Source of the DNA: an uncultured Balneolaceae bacterium
GTDB taxonomy: Bacteria > Bacteroidota > Rhodothermia > Balneolales > Balneolaceae
Length of the DNA stretch: 32,000 nucleotides
NCBI GenBank assembly: GCA_964007875.1
Contig: CAXGAH010000011.1
Location: 25,495-57,494 of the forward strand
Direction of reading: 5' to 3'
A program made the position numbers and the translations under genes. A model generated the notes under the pieces. The model worked only from the letters and a program-made list of their open reading frames with translations, searched no databases and was not told the DNA's origin. Positions within the stretch are counted from its first letter, which is position 1. Every line of letters begins with the position of its first letter. Positions 1 to 9,161 of this stretch are shown in pieces.

Positions 1-1
1 T

Positions 2-2689
2 GTAGTCGAGGCTGGCGAAACTACGAAAGTAAACCAAAGCTTGACCGAACAAATCTTTGAATCTGACCAAGAAGTAGTCGTCATCGGTGAGGCACCAATT
101 TTTGATGTTGAAAAATCTACAACCTCTTCTACTATATCGAAAAAAGATATTGAAGCAGCGCCTATTCAGAGGGTAGAAGATGCTGTTTCTTTGCAATCTG
201 GAGTGGTTAAAGATCCTACTGGACTTTATATAAAAGGGGGACGTGCCTATGAAACAGGCTATGTGGTTGATGGTGTTTCTGCACAGGATCCATTGGCAGG
301 AACGGGGTTTGGACTCGATTTAGGGTCTAATTCGTTCAGTAATATAGAGGTTATTACAGGTGGTGTTGGGGCAGAATATGGTGACGTTACCTCGGGTGTG
401 GTTTCGGTGCAAACTCAAAATGGAGGAGAACGTTACGAAGGTAACTTCTCTCATAAACGAGATAATTTGGGCAGCAATATATTGTCTAATCAGGCAAACT
501 TTTTCTCTGATATCTATGAATTAAGCATAGGTGGTCCGTCTATTTTAACCGAGCAATTATTACCTGCTTTAGGTATCGATTTGCCTGGTTCACTTACTTT
601 TTTTGCTACAGGACAAATTTCACTTACAGATGGCTATACCAAATTATCGGCGAATCAAATTCGCTCATCCATCGTAAATAGTGATTTTTGGTCCCCCAGA
701 CAAGGGAACCGATGGAATGGTATGTTTAAGATGACATATAACATCAAACCTGGTGTTCGATTACAGGGTGCTTATCAGCGCTCTTTAACCATTAATCAGA
801 ATACGCGAATGCTTCAGATTACAGGGGCCGATACGCAGATTCGACCTGGATTTCAATTCGCCTTTTCAAATGGGTTTTTAGATAATGCCAGTACCTATAC
901 CCATGATAGTAATTTGTCCTATCTAAAATATACTCAGACGCTCACGCAGTCGGCTTTTTATGAGGTTCAGGTGAGTCGATTATTTACCCGGCTCCGCGCC
1001 GATGCAAATGGTCGTAAATGGCGTCCAAATAATATTGACAGTGAGTTTGATCCAGAGAGTATTGTGATTTCCCCTGCAGAGGAGTTTGAAGGTGGCGAGG
1101 ACTTTACCTATGTATTAGCAGGTCCAGGCTATGTAAACAATGGGGGTATTTCCACTCTATGGCACGATCATTTTGCGGAGGAACTTACTGTAAAAAGTAG
1201 CCTAACTAAGTTTTTTGGTGATCGCACGAATCAAATAGTAGCGGGATTTGAATTTAAATTTAATGACTATCAATGGATTGATATCACACGTCCTTGGATT
1301 GGAGCACCCATATTTATTGATGAGAACAGGACTTCGGAAACGTTTAGGGTAGGGGAAACTTTCGATGCATGGCGAGTTAAGCCAAAACGGGGGGCTATTT
1401 TTGTAACCGATAAAATTAGGTACAATGGACTTATAGCTAATATTGGAGCTAGATTAGAGTATTGGGCTCCAGGAAGGTATGTGGACAATGCGGTAAATAA
1501 TGCACTTGATCCAAATACCCTCTCCACCATTCCTACTTTTGTAGCACAAGATTATCTAGACAGTAGTTCCGAAATTTTAGGTCTTCGCTATAAGTTTAGG
1601 TTTTTACCCAAGATTAATGTGTCATTTCCTGTTCGGGAAAATCAAGTGTTGTTCTTTAATTACGGACACTCGACTCGAATTCCTCATCCCTCTTATATAT
1701 ATGCAGGCCTAGATCCATTTTATCAAGATCAGTCTGATTTGCCTGATTTAGGGAACCCCAACTTAGATCCAGAAGTTGATATTTCTTATGAAATTGGGTT
1801 TAGAAATCAAATTACTTCGAACGATGCATTTAATGCTTCTGCCTTTTGGAGAGATAAATATGATTTTGTAACTACACAGTCGATCCGTGTACAAGACGTC
1901 GATGGGCGAAATGTAAGTAAAGCATTTAGGATTAATGGGGATTATGCCCGTTCTAGAGGGATAGAGTTATCCTATATTAAACGCTATAAGGATTTAATTA
2001 GAGGCCAACTTTCTTTTACCTATTCACGAGCAGAGGGGCTTAGTTCTACTAATGATGATAATTTAAATGCAATCAATGCAAACCAAAATATTGGAAGTAA
2101 TGTAGAGACTCCTTTAGCTTGGGATCGCCCATTTGATATAAAAGGTAATATCACTTTTACTCATGATAGGCCACAAGGTTTGTTTGGGTGGTCTGCTTTA
2201 AATGACTTTCAGATCTTTTTATCAGGGGTATGGCGATCCGGGACCCGTTATACTCCTATGGAATTCATCGGACTGCAGCGAAACCCAGTTACAGGTAGAG
2301 AAGACTGGCGCCCCAATTATGAGCGTGTAGTCAATCCTACTAAACGTTACAGTGAATTAGGCCCTGCTTGGTTCTACATGGATTTGAACATTCAAAAGTG
2401 GTTTGAAGTACAAGGTGTTCGTATTTCTACCTTTGCTGAAATTACTAATGTTTTGGACAACAGAAGTTCAGTCATTGTTAATCCAGTTACGGGTGAAGGT
2501 TATAAGAAATATCCACGAGATCCTGCGGCGTTGATGGCGCTTCGAAGTGATCGAAGTTATGATGTTCCAGGTAATGTTCGAGATCCAAGGTATTTAGATC
2601 CAACCGATAATAACTTACCCGCCTACGATAACCCAGCCAATTATATAGAACAACGTCATTTAATGGTAGGGGTATCGATTCGATTCTAA
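2..2689 (+). CDS. TonB-dependent outer-membrane receptor (5' end lies outside the window)
   Basis: The frame is open back to position 2 (VVEAGETTKVNQS... precedes the track start at 41), so the N-terminus is upstream of the window. Plug-like segments are present (DIEAAPIQRVEDAVSLQSGV, YIKGGRAYETGYVVDGV, IEVITGGVGAEYGDVTSGVVSV). They are followed by about 700 aa of beta-strand-like sequence ending in the aromatic terminus ...VGVSIRF typical of OM barrels. Confidence 0.85.
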   Translation, partial: VVEAGETTKVNQSLTEQIFESDQEVVVIGEAPIFDVEKSTTSSTISKKDIEAAPIQRVEDAVSLQSGVVKDPTGLYIKGGRAYETGYVVDGVSAQDPLAGTGFGLDLGSNSFSNIEVITGGVGAEYGDVTSGVVSVQTQNGGERYEGNFSHKRDNLGSNILSNQANFFSDIYELSIGGPSILTEQLLPALGIDLPGSLTFFATGQISLTDGYTKLSANQIRSSIVNSDFWSPRQGNRWNGMFKMTYNIKPGVRLQGAYQRSLTINQNTRMLQITGADTQIRPGFQFAFSNGFLDNASTYTHDSNLSYLKYTQTLTQSAFYEVQVSRLFTRLRADANGRKWRPNNIDSEFDPESIVISPAEEFEGGEDFTYVLAGPGYVNNGGISTLWHDHFAEELTVKSSLTKFFGDRTNQIVAGFEFKFNDYQWIDITRPWIGAPIFIDENRTSETFRVGETFDAWRVKPKRGAIFVTDKIRYNGLIANIGARLEYWAPGRYVDNAVNNALDPNTLSTIPTFVAQDYLDSSSEILGLRYKFRFLPKINVSFPVRENQVLFFNYGHSTRIPHPSYIYAGLDPFYQDQSDLPDLGNPNLDPEVDISYEIGFRNQITSNDAFNASAFWRDKYDFVTTQSIRVQDVDGRNVSKAFRINGDYARSRGIELSYIKRYKDLIRGQLSFTYSRAEGLSSTNDDNLNAINANQNIGSNVETPLAWDRPFDIKGNITFTHDRPQGLFGWSALNDFQIFLSGVWRSGTRYTPMEFIGLQRNPVTGREDWRPNYERVVNPTKRYSELGPAWFYMDLNIQKWFEVQGVRISTFAEITNVLDNRSSVIVNPVTGEGYKKYPRDPAALMALRSDRSYDVPGNVRDPRYLDPTDNNLPAYDNPANYIEQRHLMVGVSIRF

Positions 2690-2690
2690 C

Positions 2691-3746
2691 ATGAATTCAA
2701 TTGAAAAGCATATTAAATGTACTTTCTATAAGCGAATATTACCGAAAAGTATTTTAGTATACGTTGGGTTTATGGTATTGTTATTTTTATTCGTAGCTGG
2801 CTCTACCACTACGCTCAAAGCTCAAAAAAGCTTTGGGCAAGACCGAGCAGGCACGGAAGGTTTCCAGTTTACTAAAATCCCAGTCGATCCCCGTTCAGCG
2901 GCTATGGGGAACTCTAATATGGCCGATGCAATGGATGGCTCTAGTTTATATTGGAACCCTGCTTTATCTGCAGAAACGAATGGATCAGAATTTATGGTCA
3001 GTCATACGGAGTATGTAGCTGGTATTCAGCAAGATTATTTTAGTTATATCCAGCGTATCAATAGCTATGCAATCGGTGTTTCTGTTCAGTACTTAGGGTC
3101 TGGTGACATAATGGAAACTACGGAGTTTCAACCCTTTGGTACGGGCAGAATATTTTCAACCCACCATATGGCTGCTGGACTTTCAGTTGCTCAGAAGGTA
3201 ACGGATTTATTCAGCTATGGTCTTAGCTTTAAGTATCTATTAGAGAAAGTTGAAGAGATACAATACCAGAGTGGTGCCATAGATTTTGGTTTTGCTTATC
3301 GGGTAGGAGATACAGGACTACGTTTTGCAGTAGGGATTAATAACTTTGGTCTGGATGCGGCACCAGATGGTACTACTCAAAGAGAGTCCTTAGAGGGAGT
3401 TTTAGAATTAGAACCAGAAACTAATACATCTTTACCGACCCGTTTCCATATTGGCGCTGCATATGATTTGGTTGATAATCAGCAAAATAAAGTAACAATT
3501 ACGGCTCAAGTGACCAATCCATCTGATAATGCTGAGCAATTAAATGTAGGTGCTGAGTACAGTTTTATGGATCAATTTCATCTCAGAACTGGCTATGAAT
3601 TTGGACAATTAGAACGCAGAATGCCTAGTCTTGGTGGTGGCGTGTCTGTACCTTTTGTCGGTAGAATATTGAAAGCTGATTATGCCTACACACGTTTTGA
3701 GCGTTTGGGGCAAATTCATCGGATAGGTATGAGGGTAAGTTTATGA
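2691..3746 (+). CDS. PorV/PorQ-family outer-membrane protein (T9SS-associated family)
   Basis: It has a signal-like N-terminus ending ...TTTLKAQ. The segment AGTEGFQFTKIPVDPRSAAMGNSNMADAMDGSSLYWNPA matches my recollection of the conserved PorV/PorQ N-terminal motif (FL.I...AR..GMG.A..A..D.S....NPA). The rest has a beta-barrel-like alternating pattern. The ATG lies 1 nt after the receptor stop. Confidence 0.6.
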   Translation: MNSIEKHIKCTFYKRILPKSILVYVGFMVLLFLFVAGSTTTLKAQKSFGQDRAGTEGFQFTKIPVDPRSAAMGNSNMADAMDGSSLYWNPALSAETNGSEFMVSHTEYVAGIQQDYFSYIQRINSYAIGVSVQYLGSGDIMETTEFQPFGTGRIFSTHHMAAGLSVAQKVTDLFSYGLSFKYLLEKVEEIQYQSGAIDFGFAYRVGDTGLRFAVGINNFGLDAAPDGTTQRESLEGVLELEPETNTSLPTRFHIGAAYDLVDNQQNKVTITAQVTNPSDNAEQLNVGAEYSFMDQFHLRTGYEFGQLERRMPSLGGGVSVPFVGRILKADYAYTRFERLGQIHRIGMRVSL

Positions 3747-5053
3747 AATTAGCACTAATTCAACCTTTTATGAGAGTTTCAGCACCTTTGCTACTGCTCT
3801 TTTTGATGATGGTTCAAGGTGGATGTAGTGAACTATTTAACACCAAAGACAATACGGATACCGACGAAATATTTGACGAAGGTAAAATTGATCCCCGATT
3901 AGAAAATGTAGATGGTTATGCCCCAGTGTTACCATTTTGGGGTAGTTTTGACGCTCCTAATGATATACATGTAGGATTTGATGAATTTGTTTACGTAACC
4001 GATGCTAATGGGGTTCATTTACTAGATAGAGCTGATCTATCTCCACGAGTGACCATAGAATTAGAAGGAGCAGAAGCAGTAACTCAGGATAGACTCTTGA
4101 ACGTGTATGTAGCAGCTAGGATTGACACGGTTATTGAGAGTATTGATCCTACCATTACATGGAATCTTCCCGCTGTGTTTAAAATAAAGAATATGAACGG
4201 AGCGGGCCCTATAAAATTTGTAGATACTCTTATTTTTCCATTTGATGATGCGAGTTTAAGTACTTCTGCGGCTCAAAATTCACGCTTAAATCGTAGCAGT
4301 GGGACCAATTACGAGAAAGTGAAAATCACTGGTCTTAGCATACTGGCTGATAATACCTTGTATGTCACAAGAACTGGTCCATTCAATGAGACCACTCAAG
4401 TTGCGGCGCCAGATAATACGGTGTTAGAATTTCACCGAATAGTAGAAAACGGCATTAAAACAGATAAGATGCGTAACGTGCGTCAAATCAGGAGCCTTAG
4501 CCCAAACGTGCCTTCTTTAAGAAGTGCTATAGGCCTGAGTGGAATTGCTACCTTTGTAGCCCCACCACAGAGAGATACCTATACCGATAATCGAAGCTTT
4601 TTGATTACACAATCACAAGCCAACGTAGATATACCGTTTCGAGTTTTATGGATTGACGTAGTAGAGACGGTTGATGGGTTGGTTTATCAACAAAATTCAC
4701 AACTACTAGCCCAGGATACTTCACAAGCAAGTGGTTTTCTGTATGAACCTAATAAATTCATGCGCCCTCAAGACGTGGCATTTGGAGGAGATGATGATGC
4801 CTTTATTTTCGTAGTAGATAGTGAGACTCACCGATTATACCAGTTTCAGTCTAATGGTCAAGAAGGTGTCCCCCCACCAGCAGGAGCGGAAGATCAAACT
4901 CGTCAGATTATGGTGTCTTTTGGTGAGCTAGGGGCAGGTCCTAAAGAGTTTAATATGCCTAGTGGTGTGGCATATTTTCGCCGAGTAGTTTATGTAGCCG
5001 ACAAAGGAAATAATCGTATTGCTCGGTATAAATTAACCTCTGATTTTGAATAA
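3743..5053 (+). CDS. probable lipoprotein with NHL-type beta-propeller repeats
   Basis: The ATG overlaps the upstream TGA (ATGA), implying translational coupling. A hydrophobic leader ends ...MMVQGGC, with Cys directly after the signal. NHL-like repeats are visible (FVYVTDANGVHLLD, FIFVVDSETHRLYQFQ, VVYVADKGNNRIARYKL). Confidence 0.6.
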   Translation: MKLALIQPFMRVSAPLLLLFLMMVQGGCSELFNTKDNTDTDEIFDEGKIDPRLENVDGYAPVLPFWGSFDAPNDIHVGFDEFVYVTDANGVHLLDRADLSPRVTIELEGAEAVTQDRLLNVYVAARIDTVIESIDPTITWNLPAVFKIKNMNGAGPIKFVDTLIFPFDDASLSTSAAQNSRLNRSSGTNYEKVKITGLSILADNTLYVTRTGPFNETTQVAAPDNTVLEFHRIVENGIKTDKMRNVRQIRSLSPNVPSLRSAIGLSGIATFVAPPQRDTYTDNRSFLITQSQANVDIPFRVLWIDVVETVDGLVYQQNSQLLAQDTSQASGFLYEPNKFMRPQDVAFGGDDDAFIFVVDSETHRLYQFQSNGQEGVPPPAGAEDQTRQIMVSFGELGAGPKEFNMPSGVAYFRRVVYVADKGNNRIARYKLTSDFE

Positions 5054-5472
5054 AACTATGCGAGATATGCGTATACACGAATCCAGGAAGTGTATATTTT
5101 TGACTGGTATGTATCTCTTGATTTCGCTTCTTTTAATGTATATTTGAAACAAGATATACCAGAGCGTTTCCGCTATAAGAATCATGATCGAACGCCAAAT
5201 TTATTGCTATTGGCTAACTTGGGGTACACCATTACCACCACCGTTTAGACTCTTGGCCCAATTTCCCATCGGGTGGAGCGTACGGCTATGATCCTGCCTA
5301 TCCAGAAATGCATGCCGTATTTATGGCAATAGGACTAGATATTGTTCCTAGCAACATGCTTCCTCCTTATGAAGTAGTGCATGTGTACGAATTACTGACC
5401 CATCTACTAGGTATAGCACCCGCTCCTAATGACGGAAGCCTCGAAACGTTTGAGGGAATTCTTTACGATTAA
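5054..5472 (+). pseudogene. relic of an ectonucleotide pyrophosphatase/phosphodiesterase (alkaline-phosphatase superfamily) gene, C-terminal third only
   Basis: One frame reads ...DIPERFRYKNHDRTPNLLLLANLGYTITTTV then TAG at 5246-5248. Shifted by one frame from 5251 it continues SWPNFPSGGAYGYDPAYPEMHAVFMAIGLDIVPSNMLPPYEVVHVYELLTHLLGIAPAPNDGSLETFEGILYD then TAA at 5470-5472. This matches the NPP C-terminus as I remember it (G.HGYDP....M.A.F.A.GP........NV.VY.L...LLGI..APNDG). There is no start codon and the N-terminal two thirds are missing. The metal-ligand His context is altered (GGAYGYD). Confidence 0.55.
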
Positions 5473-5525
5473 ATAAAGTTATCTTATTGTGTTACTTAAT
5501 GTTGTGTGCTTTGGCACCGCATATT

Positions 5526-5534
5526 TGCTATAAT
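5526..5534 (+). promoter_or_regulatory. candidate extended -10 promoter element (TGCTATAAT) upstream of fdxA
   Basis: TGCTATAAT at 5526-5534 fits TGnTATAAT, about 70 nt upstream of the ferredoxin ATG at 5608. No good -35 hexamer sits at 17-nt spacing. This is a sequence match only. Confidence 0.3.
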
Positions 5535-5607
5535 TTGGATTGCATCTAATCAAATTCGGGCGCATATTTCATCTCAATTCAAGAATAACTTACTCTATTT
5601 TCACGCT

Positions 5608-5943
5608 ATGCCTTACGTTGTTACAGAACCATGTATTAAATGTAAATACACCAACTGCGCGGCAGTTTGCCCGGTTGATGCTTTTCGAGAAGGGCCTAAT
5701 TTTTTGGTTATAGATCCTAATGAGTGCATTGACTGTGATGCATGTGTATCCGAATGCCCTGTTGAGGCTATTTATCCCGATGATGAGGCGCCTGAAAAAT
5801 GGGAACATTTTATTGACTTGAACGAACGCCTTGCCGAAGTATGGGAAGACAATGTCATCAACGAAACCAAGGATGCATTGCCTGAAGCAGATGAATGGGC
5901 AAGTAAAGAGGGTAAAGAAGACCAACTTCAAGAAGAGTGGTAA
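5608..5943 (+). CDS. fdxA: 7Fe ferredoxin ([3Fe-4S][4Fe-4S], FdxA type)
   Basis: [26 protein letters not shown]...[17 protein letters not shown] shows the Cys pattern CxxCxxxxCxxxCP ... CxxCxxCxxxCP diagnostic of 7Fe ferredoxins. I chose the ATG at 5608 because this family starts at MPYVV. The 34 extra N-terminal codons in the track ORF (from 5506) are unlikely to be translated. Confidence 0.85.
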   Translation: MPYVVTEPCIKCKYTNCAAVCPVDAFREGPNFLVIDPNECIDCDACVSECPVEAIYPDDEAPEKWEHFIDLNERLAEVWEDNVINETKDALPEADEWASKEGKEDQLQEEW

Positions 5944-5988
5944 AGTTACTGTATAAGGTAGTTTTATACACATCACCCTGCTAAATTG

Positions 5989-6828
5989 ATGTTAGCACTC
6001 GCCCCGTTTTTTGCAAAAGAACGTCCATCCATTATGGGAGTACTCAATGCTACTCCCGATTCCTTTAGTGACGGAGGACAGTTCAATCGGGTTAGTGCAG
6101 CTCTTCATCGTATTGACGAAATGATTGCACAAGGCGCTTCGATCATTGACATAGGTGGAGAATCCACCCGCCCATATGCCCTTGCTATTGAAGAATCAGA
6201 GGAAATTCTCAGGGTTATTCCCATTTTACAAAATGCAGTACCCCGCTTTTCCGATCAGGTCCTTTTTTCCATTGATACCACTAAATACGGGGTAGCAGAG
6301 CAGGCCTTAGATGCGGGTGCGCTCATCATAAATGATGTCAGTGGGCTTCAAAACTCCCCAGCAATGGCAAGCTTAGCTGCATCGTTTAATGCGGCATATA
6401 TTCTAATGCACACCCAAGGAAGCCCCCAGGATATGCAAGACAATCCGAGTTATACGCATTCCGTCACAGATATCGTTGATTTTTTAGTACAGCAAAGCGT
6501 GCTCTTGCAGCGGGAAGGAGTAGAACACATTATTGTAGATCCAGGCATAGGCTTTGGGAAAAGTCTGGATCACAATCTGCAGATTATTGCAGGGCTTGAC
6601 AAAGTGGTAGAAATTGGCTTTCCTGTATTGTTAGGTGCCTCTCGAAAATCTATGTTTGGTCAGCTGTTAGACGATCGTGGAGTGGAAGGACGATTGGCAG
6701 GAACACTAGCGGCACATTATCATGGATTAATGCAGGGAGTGCGTATATTGCGTGTGCATGATGTGCAAGAAGCTAGTGATAGTATACGGGTGTTTGAAGC
6801 TTTACAAGCGGCTAAACAACCAGAATAG
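5989..6828 (+). CDS. folP: dihydropteroate synthase
   Basis: IMGVLNATPDSFSDGG, IIDIGGESTRP, INDVSG and DPGIGFGK are the DHPS pterin-binding motifs. I used the ATG at 5989, one codon after the TTG chosen by the track. This leaves about 15 residues before MGVLN, as in E. coli FolP. Confidence 0.9.
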   Translation: MLALAPFFAKERPSIMGVLNATPDSFSDGGQFNRVSAALHRIDEMIAQGASIIDIGGESTRPYALAIEESEEILRVIPILQNAVPRFSDQVLFSIDTTKYGVAEQALDAGALIINDVSGLQNSPAMASLAASFNAAYILMHTQGSPQDMQDNPSYTHSVTDIVDFLVQQSVLLQREGVEHIIVDPGIGFGKSLDHNLQIIAGLDKVVEIGFPVLLGASRKSMFGQLLDDRGVEGRLAGTLAAHYHGLMQGVRILRVHDVQEASDSIRVFEALQAAKQPE

Positions 6829-6925
6829 AATTTTAGATTTTGTATAGATACTTTTAGGCCGCATATTAGTTGGTTAGACGAACCTATGACACACGCTATT
6901 ATTAAACGCAAATTACCCTTTTGAA

Positions 6926-7741
6926 TTGAATCCTCTAGGCTTTCTCGATTTTGGATTATTGGATTTTCTAGAGACACTAATTATTGCAGGAGCTTTAGTT
7001 GGTGTCTACCGTTGGATCCGTGGAACCTACGCCATTCGCGCGGGTGTGGGTATTTTATTTCTTTTACTTATCAATTTTATTATTCGATTATTTGGATTCA
7101 CTACTATCGATTTTATTCTAAGCGCCATTCTTGATGTAGGTATTTTAGCTGTATTTATCATATTTCAACCAGAAATAAGAGGGCTTTTATACCGAATAGG
7201 TCAGAATCCTTCTATTCGATTATTTGGTGGTAAGTCTAGCACGGAGCAGGTTATTGATGAGGTTATAAATGCGGTTAAGCATATGTCAACTGAGTATATC
7301 GGTGCCCTTATTGTTTTTGCTCCTCCTTCTGGAGCCTTGAATTATGACAATACAGGGACGCAACTCGATTCGGTAGTAAAACAAAAATTATTGGTGAGTA
7401 TCTTTAGAAAAGAATCTCCATTGCACGATGGCGCCGTTATTATTCGTAATAACCGGATTACTGCAGCAGGTTGTTTCCTATCTTTGTCTGAAAATCCTAA
7501 TTTAAGTAAATCTCTAGGTACTCGTCACCGAGCAGCAATTGGTATGTCCGAAAATAATAATATGTTTGTTATTGTCGTCTCAGAAGAAACTGGCCGTATA
7601 TCGGTAGCTCAAAACGGTAATTTAAACAGTGGACTTAGTATTCAACGTCTCCGTAAAGAAATGGAGAGTAGTTTTTCTTTGACTAAGTTTAAAGAAGAAG
7701 TAGCCTTTTCAGCCCCGCAAACGGAAATGAATCTGAAATAA
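6926..7741 (+). CDS. cdaA: diadenylate cyclase CdaA (c-di-AMP synthase), membrane-anchored
   Basis: Three N-terminal hydrophobic helices are followed by DAC-domain motifs (SPLHDGAVIIRNNRITAAGCFLSLS, LGTRHRAAIGMSE, VIVVSEETGRISVA). The only in-frame start upstream of the TM region is the TTG at 6926, so the exact start is uncertain. Confidence 0.88.
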   Translation: MNPLGFLDFGLLDFLETLIIAGALVGVYRWIRGTYAIRAGVGILFLLLINFIIRLFGFTTIDFILSAILDVGILAVFIIFQPEIRGLLYRIGQNPSIRLFGGKSSTEQVIDEVINAVKHMSTEYIGALIVFAPPSGALNYDNTGTQLDSVVKQKLLVSIFRKESPLHDGAVIIRNNRITAAGCFLSLSENPNLSKSLGTRHRAAIGMSENNNMFVIVVSEETGRISVAQNGNLNSGLSIQRLRKEMESSFSLTKFKEEVAFSAPQTEMNLK

Positions 7742-7771
7742 TTTAGGCGACTAACTAGCGGTTGCTCTGCA

Positions 7772-9115
7772 TTACCCAGAGTTACGTTCTAAGAAATGAG
7801 TATTTCCCTGTACTCTATATAGACTTCTGGCGGTTTTAACGGTGCCTTTTCCATAGCGATTATTGATACGATCAATGGCTTGATAACGCTGAGTATATTC
7901 GGCTTCATCCCGAAAAAATAGATTCATTTGGCTGGTTTTATCCATGTCTTGAGTGCTTATCATTAGACTACGAATAGCCATTTTTCGCTGGCAAAAAGAG
8001 TCAATGAGCTCAGCTAATTCTCTCATGCACGCGTCATATACATATTTGGTTATGTGAGTAAAACTAGGGGTTACAAAGCGGAATCCTATGCTAGGATAGT
8101 CATTTTTGTCAAAACCAATATGCCCACCAAAACTACTCGAACGTATGCCGTAGGCCCGCATTCGGTAGCAGATCATTTCGATTCCAATGGCTAGTTCACC
8201 TTTGATAGCTTCTGGGTCGGTACTTCCTTCGGAGAAGGTATGTCCATAACTTACGCCCCATTTAGGTGAATATTCATGATTTTCCTCGAGTATTCGACCT
8301 TGATCCTGGCCGGTAATCGTTTCAAAAAGCATACGCCCAAAATGGGGTCCAAATAGACGCACAAAGGTGTTGGGTTCATTGTGTTTTACCACATCTCGTA
8401 TGCGCTCATATCCTTCTGCTAGGAGATGCTCATAACGCCTTCGCCCTACCCCCCATACTTCGTTGAGCAGTAATGGGTGTATACACATTCGTTCATCTTC
8501 ATTGCTTAGAATAAGAGAAATACCGCGGGGCTTATCCAAGCCACTGGCTAGCTTAGCATAGGTTTTGGATCGAGCAATTCCAATAGATCCATATAGTCCC
8601 GTGGTTTCCACGATATCGCGTTGCATTTGCTGAGCAAACGTTCGGATTTGAGGCTCTTCTTTGCCTAGAAGAAAACTTGCATCCATAAAATATTCATCCA
8701 TCGAGTAGCGCTCTATTTGGTGTGAGTAACGGTTCATAATATGATGTACCTGTGTTGATATAGCGGTATAACTAGCGTAGTCTACCTGAAGCATGCATAC
8801 GTATGGGCAGCGTTTATAAGCCTCATAGGCGCTCATTCCTGTTTTAATCCCCATCGAACGTGCTTCATAAGAAGAGGTGGCTACAATACCTTTAACGGTT
8901 CCATTTTCTTTTCTCCATCCACCTATAATGAGGGGAATTCCGTACATATTCTTTCGGAGTTGCTCTACTTGCGCGTAAAAACAGGCAAAGTCGAAATGCA
9001 AATATAAGCGGTCTTTTCGGTGTCGATGTTGGTGTTCTGGGTATACCGTATTGTAGAGAGTAATACGATGTACATCTTGTTCGGCTTGATACGAATATTC
9101 ATTTTTTTTTGGCAT
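7772..9115 (-). CDS. Y-family (DinB/UmuC-like) translesion DNA polymerase
   Basis: LYLHFDFACFYAQVEQL corresponds to the DMDAFYASVE motif. ATSSYEARSMGIKTGM corresponds to STANYEAR.FGV..GM. ERYSMDEYFMDAS corresponds to the SIDEAFLD motif, with the catalytic Asp and Asp-Glu retained. The C-terminus is little-finger-like (QMNLF....RYQAIDRINNRYGKGTV). GGAG sits 7 nt upstream of the ATG. Confidence 0.8.
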   Translation of the reverse strand: MPKKNEYSYQAEQDVHRITLYNTVYPEHQHRHRKDRLYLHFDFACFYAQVEQLRKNMYGIPLIIGGWRKENGTVKGIVATSSYEARSMGIKTGMSAYEAYKRCPYVCMLQVDYASYTAISTQVHHIMNRYSHQIERYSMDEYFMDASFLLGKEEPQIRTFAQQMQRDIVETTGLYGSIGIARSKTYAKLASGLDKPRGISLILSNEDERMCIHPLLLNEVWGVGRRRYEHLLAEGYERIRDVVKHNEPNTFVRLFGPHFGRMLFETITGQDQGRILEENHEYSPKWGVSYGHTFSEGSTDPEAIKGELAIGIEMICYRMRAYGIRSSSFGGHIGFDKNDYPSIGFRFVTPSFTHITKYVYDACMRELAELIDSFCQRKMAIRSLMISTQDMDKTSQMNLFFRDEAEYTQRYQAIDRINNRYGKGTVKTARSLYRVQGNTHFLERNSG

Positions 9116-9161
9116 AAATTACTCCGCTATTGATATGTACAATATATGTGTGTAATTTAAA

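Noticed and set aside
2833-3018. 61-aa plus-strand ORF inside the PorV-like gene (alternative frame)
   Set aside because: It is an out-of-frame overlap with a better-supported CDS and has no independent signals.
5506-5607. 34-codon N-terminal extension of the ferredoxin ORF (track start at 5506)
   Set aside because: 7Fe ferredoxins begin at MPYVV. The candidate extended -10 promoter (5526-5534) lies inside this extension.
5590-5976. 128-aa minus-strand ORF overlapping the ferredoxin gene
   Set aside because: It is antisense to a clear 7Fe ferredoxin and has no recognisable features. The ferredoxin frame explains the open reading.
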